Shown here: positions 10,892 to 20,936 of the stretch, one piece after another
Position numbering within the stretch: position 1 is the first letter of the stretch
Layout: every line of letters starts with the position of its first letter
Origin: a virus
Taxonomy: Duplodnaviria > Caudoviricetes
Direction: 5' to 3' (one strand)
Virus record (IMG/VR): IMGVR_UViG_3300021387_000147
DNA length: 64,000 bases
Position numbers and translations under genes: made by a program
The notes under the pieces: generated by a model
Told to the model about the DNA's origin: nothing
Seen by the model: only the letters and a program-made list of their open reading frames with translations
The model's database searches: none

Positions 10892-11682
10892 TAGACTAAG
10901 TTAATTCCTTCAATGATTCCATCACCAAGATTATTGGCATCAGAGGTTTCATTCTTATTAATTGGAGACAATTTAATAAAGAAGTGGTCTTTATCAAAAT
11001 ACTTTTCTAATAGAGCTAAATCAAAATCATCTTCATTTACAAGAGTCATATTGATAGTAGTCTTCAAATTAGATTTTGTTCTAATTGCACCTAATTCCTC
11101 AAGAGTCATCTTATTCTTATATGGAATTAACCAATTTCTATGGTCTTCATCAAAAGAATGCAAAGAAATCTGTAATGTAGTATTACCTTCAATCCAAGAG
11201 AAATCTGTTCCCTTAATACCAATTGTAGATACGTAAATATGAACATTTGGATATTTGTCTCTTAAGATTTTTGCCGCTTTCTGAACATTATCCCAATTCA
11301 AAGCAGGTTCACCCATTCTAGTCATATTGACCTTAAATTCTTTACACTTATTTGTGTCAATTTCTGGATGAAGATTACGAATCCAATCTACTTGTTCAAC
11401 CATTTCTTCTGCAGTCAAATTACGATATTTTGCTTTCATTTGACCAGTTGCACAGAACTTACAATGAACTGGACAACCACTCATACAAGAAATACCAATC
11501 ATCCAACGTTCAGTTCTATCACCTAATTCATAATTATTAAGCTTATTTTGTTTCTTACCAATAGCATCCTTTGTATAGAATGGAAGGAATGTATCAGTAC
11601 TTTCAATTAGTTTACCGTCTGGAAGTGCAAAACAATATACACTACCATTTGCAAAGTGTCTTGCTTTCTTTTCTGTTAACAT
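10891..11682 (-). CDS. RlmN/Cfr-like radical SAM enzyme lacking the C-terminal AACGQL segment
   Basis: GCPVHCKFCATG, RNLTAEEMVEQV, MGEP..N, VSTIG, LQISLH....R..LIP. Confidence 0.9.
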   Translation of the reverse strand: MLTEKKARHFANGSVYCFALPDGKLIESTDTFLPFYTKDAIGKKQNKLNNYELGDRTERWMIGISCMSGCPVHCKFCATGQMKAKYRNLTAEEMVEQVDWIRNLHPEIDTNKCKEFKVNMTRMGEPALNWDNVQKAAKILRDKYPNVHIYVSTIGIKGTDFSWIEGNTTLQISLHSFDEDHRNWLIPYKNKMTLEELGAIRTKSNLKTTINMTLVNEDDFDLALLEKYFDKDHFFIKLSPINKNETSDANNLGDGIIEGINLV

Positions 11683-11694
11683 ATATCAAATCCT

Positions 11695-11725
11695 AAAACA
11701 ATGGAGAGGTTATCTCCATTGTTTT
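11695..11725 (-). terminator. 13-bp perfect hairpin between the peptide and enzyme genes
   Basis: aaaacaatggaga-ggtta-tctccattgtttt. Confidence 0.75.
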
Positions 11726-11740
11726 TATTTAAGTTTTTAT

Positions 11741-11875
11741 TTATTCTTCATCCTGAACTTCAAGGATTGTTGCTAGCTGTCCACATGCGGCCTGAGCTTT
11801 ACGTTCTGCTTCAGTTGCAATAGCGACTGCGTAATCATATCCTGCTTGTTCTAACTGTTCCTTAATCTTATTCAT
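11741..11875 (-). CDS. 44-aa peptide equivalent to the RlmN C-terminal methyl-carrier segment (not in ORF track)
   Basis: MNKIKEQLEQAGYDYAVAIATEAERKAQAACGQLATILEVQDEE; AAGGAG RBS within 11881-11888. Confidence 0.9.
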   Translation of the reverse strand: MNKIKEQLEQAGYDYAVAIATEAERKAQAACGQLATILEVQDEE

Positions 11876-11889
11876 CTTTTTACTCCTTA

Positions 11890-12777
11890 TTAGTTAAAAT
11901 ACTGACCGATAAAATCTACAACGCCTTCAATAGAGTCGACTGTATCATCTTCGATCACGTTTTTACCCTGCCATACCATAACATTGTATGCATCATCTAC
12001 TTTGTCTATCTGAACATAATGACCATCACCATCACAGAAACGTGCTGAGCCTTGTGATTCACCTTCATTATCTACAACGTAGTCCAATTCTGGATATGCA
12101 TCCTGAATAGCATCACGAATTGATGCTGATTCTCTCAAAACTACTGTATAACCATGTTCTGTCAATAATGACTTTGCGTATTCTACTTCCATTTTCTTCT
12201 CCTTAATTGCTTTGTTCATTTGTCCAGGACTTAAATATGATAAACCATAATCTCGTTTAGGACCTTGATATTTGTCTAATATATTTATGCACTTTTTCAA
12301 AATATCACATTGGTGCTCATTATAAATCCATCTTTTTCCAACATGTTTATTATACCAATCCATGCATTTTGTGCCTCTTTCTTCAGCTGTTGCCATCCAA
12401 TCAGCCGCCAGTTCATACATATATGTGTCTGGAGTCTTCGTGCAATCTATATTAGTACTAAATTGGTCATCAGAAGGAGCGCCCCAGAATTCACTGTGAT
12501 GCGGATTCTTCTTAATGTGTTCTCTAATTACATCATTAGCCGCGTCTTTCTGCTCTGGAGTCACTGTTCCAGTCTTTGTAAATCTACATGCCTGTCTTTT
12601 CAAATTATATGGCTCTAATTTGTCAGCATCATGCTTTGCAATTCTATCGAAATCAATATCCTTTTCTGGAATGACTCCTGCTTCTACCAATTTCTTATAA
12701 AAAAATTTAACACGTGCAATGTGGTCCATTACACGCTTTTTACAAATTTCAACAATTTCAGGATCTACGTCAATCAT
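11890..12777 (-). CDS. DUF5662-like HD-fold protein fused in frame to a leader-family protein (internal start 12192)
   Basis: H..RV, HDADK, NPHHSEFW, YELAADW motifs; internal AAGGAG-N6-ATG giving MEVEYAKSLLTEHGYTVVLRE. Confidence 0.65.
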   Translation of the reverse strand: MIDVDPEIVEICKKRVMDHIARVKFFYKKLVEAGVIPEKDIDFDRIAKHDADKLEPYNLKRQACRFTKTGTVTPEQKDAANDVIREHIKKNPHHSEFWGAPSDDQFSTNIDCTKTPDTYMYELAADWMATAEERGTKCMDWYNKHVGKRWIYNEHQCDILKKCINILDKYQGPKRDYGLSYLSPGQMNKAIKEKKMEVEYAKSLLTEHGYTVVLRESASIRDAIQDAYPELDYVVDNEGESQGSARFCDGDGHYVQIDKVDDAYNVMVWQGKNVIEDDTVDSIEGVVDFIGQYFN

Positions 12778-14284
12778 ATATTCAATAACTTAATCTTGGC
12801 TTTAATTGTTTTTAATAATTTCTTGAAATCTTCTAATCTATTTATTTCATTTTCAAGATCTGAGATAAATTCTACTGGATTTTCAGCCAAATGCAACAAA
12901 TCACTCTTACAATCTTTCATATTTAAATAAGAGTCAACTGCCTTATATGCAGGTTTTATTTGAAGATTTAATGCTTGAAATCTTAGACTAGAAATAAAAT
13001 CAAATTCCATCTTGTTAACAAAACATTTTAGATGAGAATTCTTTTCGTCTGTGATGAAAAATGCAATATCATACTTATAAGTGTCATTGTAATTTTCATT
13101 ACATTCTGAACGTAGAATATAAGACACAGAAATCAAATTTCTAAATGCCCATTTCTTAGTTGAAGGATCCAAAAAATTACCAGACTTCACTTCAAACGCG
13201 AATTGAAGATTTTTTGTATCAACATCGCGATTGAATGAACTCCATTCTGAATTATGATTATTGTCATCAAAATTATACTGATTCACTTCATTACAACCAA
13301 GTGAATGACTAAGTTTCACAAGTTCATCGTAATAAGGTGCAAATTCCTTTGTCAATGCTTCTGTATGAGCATCATTCAAAGAAAATTGACGTATAATTTG
13401 TTCTGCTGTTAACATTAATCTTCCTTCATTCCAATAGCCAGGATTTGTTCCTTCTTAGTAATACGAAGCAGTTTACGCTTAATCATATCTTCATAATCTT
13501 GGCGTGCTTGTTTCTTTGCCTTACGGTCAGTAGTCGTCTTGATAATATCCTTAAACTGCTTACCTTCCGCCTTAATTTCTGCTTTAATCTTGACAACTTC
13601 ATTTCCCTGTCTGATAAAGTAATCTTTCAGCTTTTCCATCTTGTCAAACCAAGCATTTACTTCATCAACAGAAGTCAGAGTCACATAGTTAAAATCACTT
13701 TCTGGATTCATCAGCTGACCAAGAATTCCAAAATGACGAGTATTCTTAAGGTTAAACAGATTTGCATCTGTAGAAGTCATTGCATTATATACAGACTTCA
13801 CAGCAATTGCAATTGGAGCCTTAATATACGTAGAGCTCATCTTATCAAGACGATGCCAATCCTTTTCAAAGTTAACATCGACTGCATCCAAATTAAGAGC
13901 AATTACACGCGGCTGAGTATTTCCACCAACCATCTTAAGGTCACTTCCATCCCAAGGACGAGAAGTATTCAAATCACATGCAAAAATCAGACTTCCATGA
14001 TATGGAACATCATGAGGCGTTCCACGCATTTCATCAGCAACAAGAACATTCTTAGGAAGTCCAAGATTATCGACTGGAACATCAAGCACATTTTCAGTCA
14101 TCCAACAGCTGATAAATTCACGATAACTGTTGTAGAAATCCTGCACAATCTTTGAGTCATACTGATAACGCTGCATTGAATTGCGTTCTTTTTCAGTAGA
14201 AGTGCGATTAGTTTCATAAGCAGTCCAATTCAGCTTATCTACACGAGCAGCGACTGCATCACGGAGTTCTTTATAAGTTGCCAT
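12774..14284 (-). other. Two hypothetical CDSs (12774-13415, 13415-14284) with the C-terminal tail motif
   Basis: End KAKIKLLNI and KKEQILAIGMKED. Confidence 0.7.
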
Positions 14285-14287
14285 TTT

Positions 14288-15328
14288 TTATTCTTCCTTT
14301 AAAAAGTCGTTAATAATTTGTTCATGATGGAATGCCAGTTTAGGCAGTTCATCGATTTGGAACCATCTTGCATCACACGCATCATCCAAACCCTTTACTT
14401 TGTCCATATCCTTTTTGGAGACACGCACACTAAATGCAACGTCAACAATCTTCATACGAGGATCAAAGTTATGGCCATAAGTCTTGATTTGTCTGAAATA
14501 CTTCGGATCAATATCAATTCCAGTTTCTTCTTTGAGCTCACGCTGAGCACCAAAATTCAAGTCTGCATCAGTCTTTTCAAAAAATCCACCAGGCAATGCC
14601 CAATAATTCTTATATGGATAATTTCCACGACGAATTAGCAAAATCTTATCACCATTGTAAGCAACCGTGTCTGTAGTCACACTCGGCTCACCCCAATGAT
14701 TCTTTTCCTTCTTAACTGCATATTCCTTAAGGAATTCCTTTTCCTTTTCATTGTAATCATTTTCATTCTGAAAATAAAGTGCATTGTCCTTAATATAACG
14801 GAATACAACATGTGTAATGTAATCTCGAACGTCACTGTAATGGCATTCAGGATTTTTAAACAAAATTTCACGAACTGCTGACGAAGAAATTCCATCAGTT
14901 GCATCTTCAGCACCAATGAAAGTCACATTTGGATTTATACCAGCCGGCAGTGTAATTTCATCATTATCTTCACGATAAAATACCAAAAATTCATAATGCT
15001 TCAAAAGCAAATCCCAATTTACCCATTTTCCAGCGCAAAGCGAATGCCATTCATCTTCACCCATACAAATCGTAATCTTTTCACCACGATAATGAGCATC
15101 AAGATATGCATAAGTTCTTTTGTCTTGAATTACAATTTCATGTGCATCCAAAGACTTCTTGACCATGTTTAGGCGGTCATTTACAGAAACATTATAATTC
15201 TTTTCATCATTTTTGACAATTCCAATAATTAACTTATCAGAATTTCTCATTTCTTTCTTAATAGTGCGGATAATTGCTTCATGCGCTTTCGTAATCGGAT
15301 CAAAAGTTCCACCGTAATAGTAAATCAT
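14288..15328 (-). CDS. nadD: Nicotinate/nicotinamide nucleotide adenylyltransferase fused to a Nudix (ADP-ribose pyrophosphatase-type) domain
   Basis: GGTFDPITKAH, MGED, ISSSAVRE; WALPGGF...RELKEETG Nudix box, DPR, GLDDA..ARWF..DELPKLAFHH. Confidence 0.88.
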   Translation of the reverse strand: MIYYYGGTFDPITKAHEAIIRTIKKEMRNSDKLIIGIVKNDEKNYNVSVNDRLNMVKKSLDAHEIVIQDKRTYAYLDAHYRGEKITICMGEDEWHSLCAGKWVNWDLLLKHYEFLVFYREDNDEITLPAGINPNVTFIGAEDATDGISSSAVREILFKNPECHYSDVRDYITHVVFRYIKDNALYFQNENDYNEKEKEFLKEYAVKKEKNHWGEPSVTTDTVAYNGDKILLIRRGNYPYKNYWALPGGFFEKTDADLNFGAQRELKEETGIDIDPKYFRQIKTYGHNFDPRMKIVDVAFSVRVSKKDMDKVKGLDDACDARWFQIDELPKLAFHHEQIINDFLKEE

Positions 15329-15329
15329 A

Positions 15330-15581
15330 TTACCAACCTTTCATTTCCAAAATGTTCTTCTTTTCTTGAGTTTCGTTTTCCATGTGAAGCAAAGTCACTT
15401 TGTCACCAAAACGATAAGCCCAAATACGTTCATCAGGCCAAACAGAATTATGTTTAGCAATATGGTCAAATGCTTCATCAACGTCATGGAATTCCTGGCA
15501 AATGTGATGAGTCACATTAGAGACTCGCCAAAAGTCAGCTTTTCTAGGGTTCCATTCAAGCAGATATTCAAACTGTGCCAT
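15330..15581 (-). CDS. Hypothetical early protein
   Basis: First gene after promoter copy 3; start reassigned to MAQFEY after GAGG. Confidence 0.7.
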   Translation of the reverse strand: MAQFEYLLEWNPRKADFWRVSNVTHHICQEFHDVDEAFDHIAKHNSVWPDERIWAYRFGDKVTLLHMENETQEKKNILEMKGW

Positions 15582-15610
15582 ATTTATACCTCTTTTATTT
15601 TTACAAGTAA

Positions 15611-15667
15611 AATATAGCAAAAAACAGGGCTTTTGGAAACCCTGTTTTATGTAAAATTATATTTACA
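15611..15667 (-). promoter_or_regulatory. Conserved promoter + operator (copy 3), -35 inside a terminator-like hairpin
   Basis: TTTCCA 15634-15639, TATATT 15611-15616, box 15650-15667, stem 15621-15629/15640-15648. Confidence 0.85.
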
Positions 15668-15672
15668 AAGTG

Positions 15673-16716
15673 CTATTTTTGCGCATTTTTTTGCGCTTTT
15701 TTATACTCTGTTATGCTCTTTTGTGTACCTGCTCCATATCGGAATGCATAAATTAGGCCTTTTACAGCACTAAATAGCATATCAATATTATCTTGTTCAA
15801 AATACATGTAAAAATTGGCCGATTTTCTTCCGCATATTCCACATGAGAATGAATACAATTTTGTCCTTGTATCATAATAGACATAAATGTTCTTGTAAGA
15901 ATCATCGTAAATTGTCTTAAAAGTAAATCGCCAATCAATTTGTTCATCAGTTGGATGCTTTTTAATCTTTAAGAAATCAAATTCTTCAAAATGGTCTTCA
16001 ATATTAAGTGTATTAATTACAATAGATTTAATTTCTTTTTTAGCTTCTAATGCTTTTTTCTGAACAGCCAATGTTGCAGATTTAGAACGACCAATAATTC
16101 TTAATGCGGCATTCTTAATTGTTTCATCATTCCAAGTAGTTAACTGAGCATCTTTCTTATAACAGAAATTATCAACGTTATTATAAAGGACATGATTGTT
16201 TGTTGCTAAAATAACAGCGGCCTTCTTATCTGTTTTGAAATTAGGCAATGACCATTCTTGAACCAATCCCCATGGTAAAGAATATCTAATTTCTCTGACA
16301 TATTCACCATTTTGATTAGGTTTCTTAATGCCCTTTTCAACATTAGCGTTTTCTTCCATAATTAGTGACACAACATCACGAATATAAGATGCTCTATGTG
16401 TCCATGGAAGAGAAAGACTACCTCTATTTGCTTTATAATTGTTGTAATCATCATCTGAGAAAATGATCAACATGTTATTTCTAAAATAATCTTGAAAAAC
16501 GTTTTCAGTTGCAAACTGTTTTTTGTCCATTCTTAGATTATAGACATGATAGTTTTCAACAAGTCCAAGATACTTTAAATCAGTTCTAATCATATCATGA
16601 TGCTCAGTACAACGCCAACCTTCTTTTTCAATCTGATATGAACTATTAAACAATCTACTTAATTTTCCCTGACTATCTGTTGAGTCAGTATAACCATACA
16701 CCACAATATCAACCAT
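15673..16716 (-). CDS. Hypothetical protein
   Basis: 347-aa ORF, no motif recognised. Confidence 0.75.
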   Translation of the reverse strand: MVDIVVYGYTDSTDSQGKLSRLFNSSYQIEKEGWRCTEHHDMIRTDLKYLGLVENYHVYNLRMDKKQFATENVFQDYFRNNMLIIFSDDDYNNYKANRGSLSLPWTHRASYIRDVVSLIMEENANVEKGIKKPNQNGEYVREIRYSLPWGLVQEWSLPNFKTDKKAAVILATNNHVLYNNVDNFCYKKDAQLTTWNDETIKNAALRIIGRSKSATLAVQKKALEAKKEIKSIVINTLNIEDHFEEFDFLKIKKHPTDEQIDWRFTFKTIYDDSYKNIYVYYDTRTKLYSFSCGICGRKSANFYMYFEQDNIDMLFSAVKGLIYAFRYGAGTQKSITEYKKAQKNAQK

Positions 16717-16961
16717 AAATTAAATCCTTGATAGACCGATATACGCTCCTGTTAAAATTAAACCAATAAAAGCAACCAAAGGAAGATATTCCTTAATCGC
16801 TTCAACTAACCATTTATATGCAATTTCTGTAGACTTATTCAAATCTTCAGAGTCTTCCTTAGGCATAACCATTTCAGGGCCAAAATACCTAAAGTATTCA
16901 ACTATTGACTGCGCATAAAGGAATTTCTTAATAATAAACTTAATCATCACACCTCATAAGA

Positions 16962-16987
16962 AAGACACGCTCTTTCGAACGTATCTT
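16962..16987 (-). terminator. Intrinsic terminator with GAAA tetraloop
   Basis: AAGATACGTTC-GAAA-GAGCGTGTCTT then TCTT, directly after the RNA ligase stop. Confidence 0.6.
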
Positions 16988-18236
16988 AAATAGAATAGTT
17001 AGGATTTTTCACCTTGAAAGAAACATTGTAATCATCTTTTAGACGCAATACAAATCCTTCTCTCTTGTGCTTCAAATTGTTTCCAAATACAGTATTCTTA
17101 TCAGACTGTTGCAACATAATATCTGCACCAGAGACAAATACTCCCTGTTCATTTGTATGACCTTCTGGAAGCTTGTAATGTTCATCCAGAACTGGAACAA
17201 ATGGCAAATCCCATTTCTTTGCGAAAGCGATACTTTCATCGAAGTTCAACTTTACCCACTTTCCTTCAACCTTCTTGTAGAAGTCGAAGAAATATACTTC
17301 TGTTCTCTTCAATTGGTAGATATTTCCCTGAATTCCTGGTCCAACATGTTCACCACGGCAGAACCATTCTCCAGGAATATTCTTAATCTTTTCATCCAAA
17401 TGAAGTCTCTTGACAGTGTCCCAGAAACCATGAGAATTACCATTAGGATTTAATTCACGAGTTCTAGAACATACGCCAATTCGCTTGGTCTTTCTTCCAA
17501 ACCAACCATTAACAATTTCAGAGTATACAGTGATATTCTGACCTTCAAGCTTTTCAGTTGCTACCCATTCCTTGTCTGCGTATTGAGCAAACATCTTAGT
17601 GTAAATCTTCTGCACATTTTCTTCATCAGACTTACTTGGGAATGTTGGATCCCATACTTCCGCAATATTATGACGCTTACGCCAATTACGGAACCACTTG
17701 TATTTCATCAACTTACGGACAAGCCATCCATCCTTCTTACCAGTATTCAATCCTGCTTCTTCTTCATCCTGCACAATTTCTGTAATATTGAACTGAATAG
17801 TGAAGTCCTGACCTTCCTTTACCTTGTCAGTAATTCCAAGATCAACAGGACGGAACAAAATACCCTGAGAAATTACACCAAACTTGGACAACTTCATACT
17901 CTTAATCTTGAACTTCTTATCACGTAAGAATTCAAAGTAAGGATATTTAGATTGTTCTTGAAGTGCCTTCAATGCATGTTCTCTTTCTTCATCGGTCATG
18001 TTCTTACCGATTTCATGATTTTTAAGCAAATTATACTTAATAGACAATTCACTATCAAGACCATCTGGAAGAAGAGAATCAACTTCAACATAAATTCCCA
18101 TATCACCAGGCTTGTATTCGCCCTTCTTTACAACAACAGTGTAGTCCATAACAGTTGCCAATTCAATTCTATCAGCACCTGGAATTTCACGGATTTCCTT
18201 AATCTTTACACCGTATGCCAATTTCTTTCCGTACAT
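16986..18236 (-). CDS. RNA ligase, Rnl2/DRB0094 family
   Basis: N-terminal I..IPGADRIELA.V....VVVKKGEY..GD...Y.EVDSLLP; TEKLEG, VCSR, GEHVGPGIQGN, FFDF, REGFV, SFKV.NP.Y. Confidence 0.9.
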   Translation of the reverse strand: MYGKKLAYGVKIKEIREIPGADRIELATVMDYTVVVKKGEYKPGDMGIYVEVDSLLPDGLDSELSIKYNLLKNHEIGKNMTDEEREHALKALQEQSKYPYFEFLRDKKFKIKSMKLSKFGVISQGILFRPVDLGITDKVKEGQDFTIQFNITEIVQDEEEAGLNTGKKDGWLVRKLMKYKWFRNWRKRHNIAEVWDPTFPSKSDEENVQKIYTKMFAQYADKEWVATEKLEGQNITVYSEIVNGWFGRKTKRIGVCSRTRELNPNGNSHGFWDTVKRLHLDEKIKNIPGEWFCRGEHVGPGIQGNIYQLKRTEVYFFDFYKKVEGKWVKLNFDESIAFAKKWDLPFVPVLDEHYKLPEGHTNEQGVFVSGADIMLQQSDKNTVFGNNLKHKREGFVLRLKDDYNVSFKVKNPNYSI

Positions 18237-18478
18237 TTTTTAATTCTCCTTTACTACTGGATGAGTTTTATCTTTTGCTACTGACAAAATAGTAATGTTA
18301 GTGTAGTATTCCTTTAATTCCTTTTCCAATTCTTTCTTTACTTCATCTTCAGACGAGCCATATCGCTTATAAAAGCATACATGACCATTAACACCAACTT
18401 CAGCCTTATAACGTTCACGTTTTGTTTCAGTCACAGCATCCATAATTAAACCTTTTATTTTCTTGAGTATTCTTTTCA

Positions 18479-19138
18479 TTAAATGCTCTTGATTAAAAAT
18501 TCCTTTTCAATTTTTGATTGTAAATGTTCTCCCAAATGATCTCTTTCTTCTCGAAGTGCAGACATTCTATTTTCAATATCTTGCACACCATCACGAAATT
18601 CTTTATTATACTTCTTTAACAAATCTATAGTCATTTGTTTTTGTGCTTCTAGATTTTGCGTATAATCAACAATAAAGTTTGCTAAATCTAATTCATCATA
18701 AAATGGACAATGCATAGCTGTAGGCTCATCCGCCATGGCTGGCAAATAGTATTTACTTGCTTGATGTGATTCTGCATTAGTATTTGGAATAGAGATTTGA
18801 TATATCTTTTGCATAGTCACTCTATCTTCCAATCTAGCGATAGAACAAACAGCATTTCTCAATTGATCTTTGACAGTTCGCTTTAAATAACCATACAAAG
18901 TAATATAATGAATTCCTTCAACATGCTTAAGTGGAATGAAACGAATTTCTCCCAAAACCATATCATTCTTATAAATTAAATCATAACAATTCAATTCACT
19001 AGAAGGAAGTGCAGAGCCACCATAAGAAATTGGGTAGCCATGCATGTAACTTCCAAAACCCTGACCATAAGAATTACGATGACGTTCAATCTTATAGTCA
19101 GAATTTAATGATGGGATAAGTTCTTCAATTTTAAGCAT
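18479..19138 (-). CDS. Hypothetical protein with the C-terminal tail motif
   Basis: Start reassigned to MLKIEEL; ends KEFLIKSI. Confidence 0.65.
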   Translation of the reverse strand: MLKIEELIPSLNSDYKIERHRNSYGQGFGSYMHGYPISYGGSALPSSELNCYDLIYKNDMVLGEIRFIPLKHVEGIHYITLYGYLKRTVKDQLRNAVCSIARLEDRVTMQKIYQISIPNTNAESHQASKYYLPAMADEPTAMHCPFYDELDLANFIVDYTQNLEAQKQMTIDLLKKYNKEFRDGVQDIENRMSALREERDHLGEHLQSKIEKEFLIKSI

Positions 19139-19868
19139 CTTTCTTACGCCAAATAATTGCTGCAGTCTTGAAGTAATCGCCACTCCATTCGAGAATTCCC
19201 TTATTGTAATCAAGGCACACATTGCGATAATGCGTCAAATCAATTACACGTTCAGGATAGCGCTTTTCAATCTTGCTCTGTTCTTGACCATTTTCGTCAA
19301 ATACACGCTTTTCCATTGCGTAGTTTTCAAAGTCATAACAGAAATAATCTTCCTCAATCGCAAGGTCATGAGTGTGACCATACAAATTAACGAAGTTTCC
19401 ACCCTTTGCAATATAGACAGGTTCATGCGAAAGAATGTATTTGTTTTCGATAATGACAGGAGTATCGTATACTTTGTCAAAACCAAGCGCATAGTAATAG
19501 TCAACACGAGACTTGCCTTCGAAATGCACATTGTCATGATTTCCGAGAACAAGGAACAAGCGACGACCATTTCCCTTCATACGCTTAACCATTTCTTTCA
19601 GTTCATTTATCTTGTCTTCATTCAAGTATTCATTGTGACGACCAGTTCCACAGAAAAAGCAGTCACCCAAATTCCAAATATCGCAGTTGTCAGGAAGATA
19701 GTCGAACATTTTCAAAATATCTTCATTCATGCGATTTACTTCCGGAATGTTTGCCGGATTTCTATTCGAACCTTCAACATGATAAGGACGTCCGCAATAT
19801 TTGATAATATTGGAATGACCCAAATGAAGGTCTGAAATAATAAAAGTCTGTCGAGTTCTTTGCAACAT
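19131..19868 (-). CDS. Calcineurin-like metallophosphoesterase
   Basis: SDLHLGH.NII, LGD, GNHD, SHEP, GHTH. Confidence 0.9.
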   Translation of the reverse strand: MLQRTRQTFIISDLHLGHSNIIKYCGRPYHVEGSNRNPANIPEVNRMNEDILKMFDYLPDNCDIWNLGDCFFCGTGRHNEYLNEDKINELKEMVKRMKGNGRRLFLVLGNHDNVHFEGKSRVDYYYALGFDKVYDTPVIIENKYILSHEPVYIAKGGNFVNLYGHTHDLAIEEDYFCYDFENYAMEKRVFDENGQEQSKIEKRYPERVIDLTHYRNVCLDYNKGILEWSGDYFKTAAIIWRKKDA

Positions 19869-19897
19869 TTAATAATTCCTTAATTTTTACAAGATAT

Positions 19898-19999
19898 AAT
19901 ATAATAAAAAAGGGCTTCATTGGAAACCCTTTTATTTGTAAAATTTTGTTTACGTAGCTGTTCGTAGATTGTTCGTAATATGTAAATAAAATGTTTACA
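19898..19999 (-). promoter_or_regulatory. Conserved promoter + operator (copy 4)
   Basis: TTTCCA 19921-19926, TATATT 19898-19903, box 19937-19954 (1 mismatch), N7 variant box 19981-19999. Confidence 0.8.
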
Positions 20000-20618
20000 A
20001 TGCTGTAATGCTAAATCCAAGACTACTTTTTAGTGAGACGTCGTCTATATTAGCGCCAAAATTTGGTGCTAATTTATCAAATGCTTCATTTATCTTTATT
20101 CCATTTTCAGATGAGCACCACATCCATCTTTTTAACATATTACAAGTATACATATTAGGAAATCTACATGGATTTTCCTTACGTGTTTCCCATTCTTTGT
20201 CAGGATAACAATCTTGAATATACTTAACAAAAGCTTGAGAACGAGACATTCCTGCATTACAATGAATGTAGAAATCACAATCAATATGTTTGTCTATAAA
20301 TTCACATGCACGAATGACTTGTCTTTTATTAATATTGTAAGCAGTATAATCACCACAATTTCTTACTGCTTCATTAATATCATCAAAATCAAGATTTAAT
20401 ACATTCTTAGCATCATAAAAATAATGTTCATCATGCTGACCTTGATAATGAGCAGAATGATAATTTTCTCTTACTGCCTTTGTGCAACAAATGGAGATTA
20501 TAGCCACATTATCTGGAATGTGACCATTAGTCCAACCATTTTCTTTCATTGCATTTATAAAGTCTTTACGTGAATAACAATAGAGTTTCATATTATTTTG
20601 CTGCGATTGACCAATCAA
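19995..20618 (-). CDS. CX5R (tyrosine/dual-specificity-type) phosphatase
   Basis: AIISI, L.LDFDDI, IHCNAGMSRSQA, PN. Confidence 0.88.
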   Translation of the reverse strand: MIGQSQQNNMKLYCYSRKDFINAMKENGWTNGHIPDNVAIISICCTKAVRENYHSAHYQGQHDEHYFYDAKNVLNLDFDDINEAVRNCGDYTAYNINKRQVIRACEFIDKHIDCDFYIHCNAGMSRSQAFVKYIQDCYPDKEWETRKENPCRFPNMYTCNMLKRWMWCSSENGIKINEAFDKLAPNFGANIDDVSLKSSLGFSITAL

Positions 20619-20936
20619 ACTTATCAGTCAAATCATTCTTGTTAAAGTAAATTATCCAATTTCTTGTTTTTATATCTTTATCCATGTGTTCAACAGCATC
20701 AATGATACCACCTTCTAAGACAAGACGGTTCTTATCAGAGAATGAAGTATTTAAGATATTCAATGCTGAATTTGTCACATAGAATGTATGACCCTTATAA
20801 GTCATAATTTCCTTATATTCAGTCTTTTCAAATTTCTTCTTGTCTGATGGATTTATACAGAATCCAATCATAAAGCCAAGAGCAAATCCAACCAATAAAC
20901 TAATAGCGATTACTAATGCCATTTTTCACTCCTTTT

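Noticed and set aside
11741-11875. Peptide as a leader-family member (KEQLEQAGY versus KQILKNAGY)
   Set aside because: Better explained as the RlmN last helix before AACGQL; lacks the EAK core and (I/L)-x-E after GY
15581-15588. TATAAATA as a late promoter
   Set aside because: Lies between the RBS and ATG of a gene that already has a boxed promoter; likely chance
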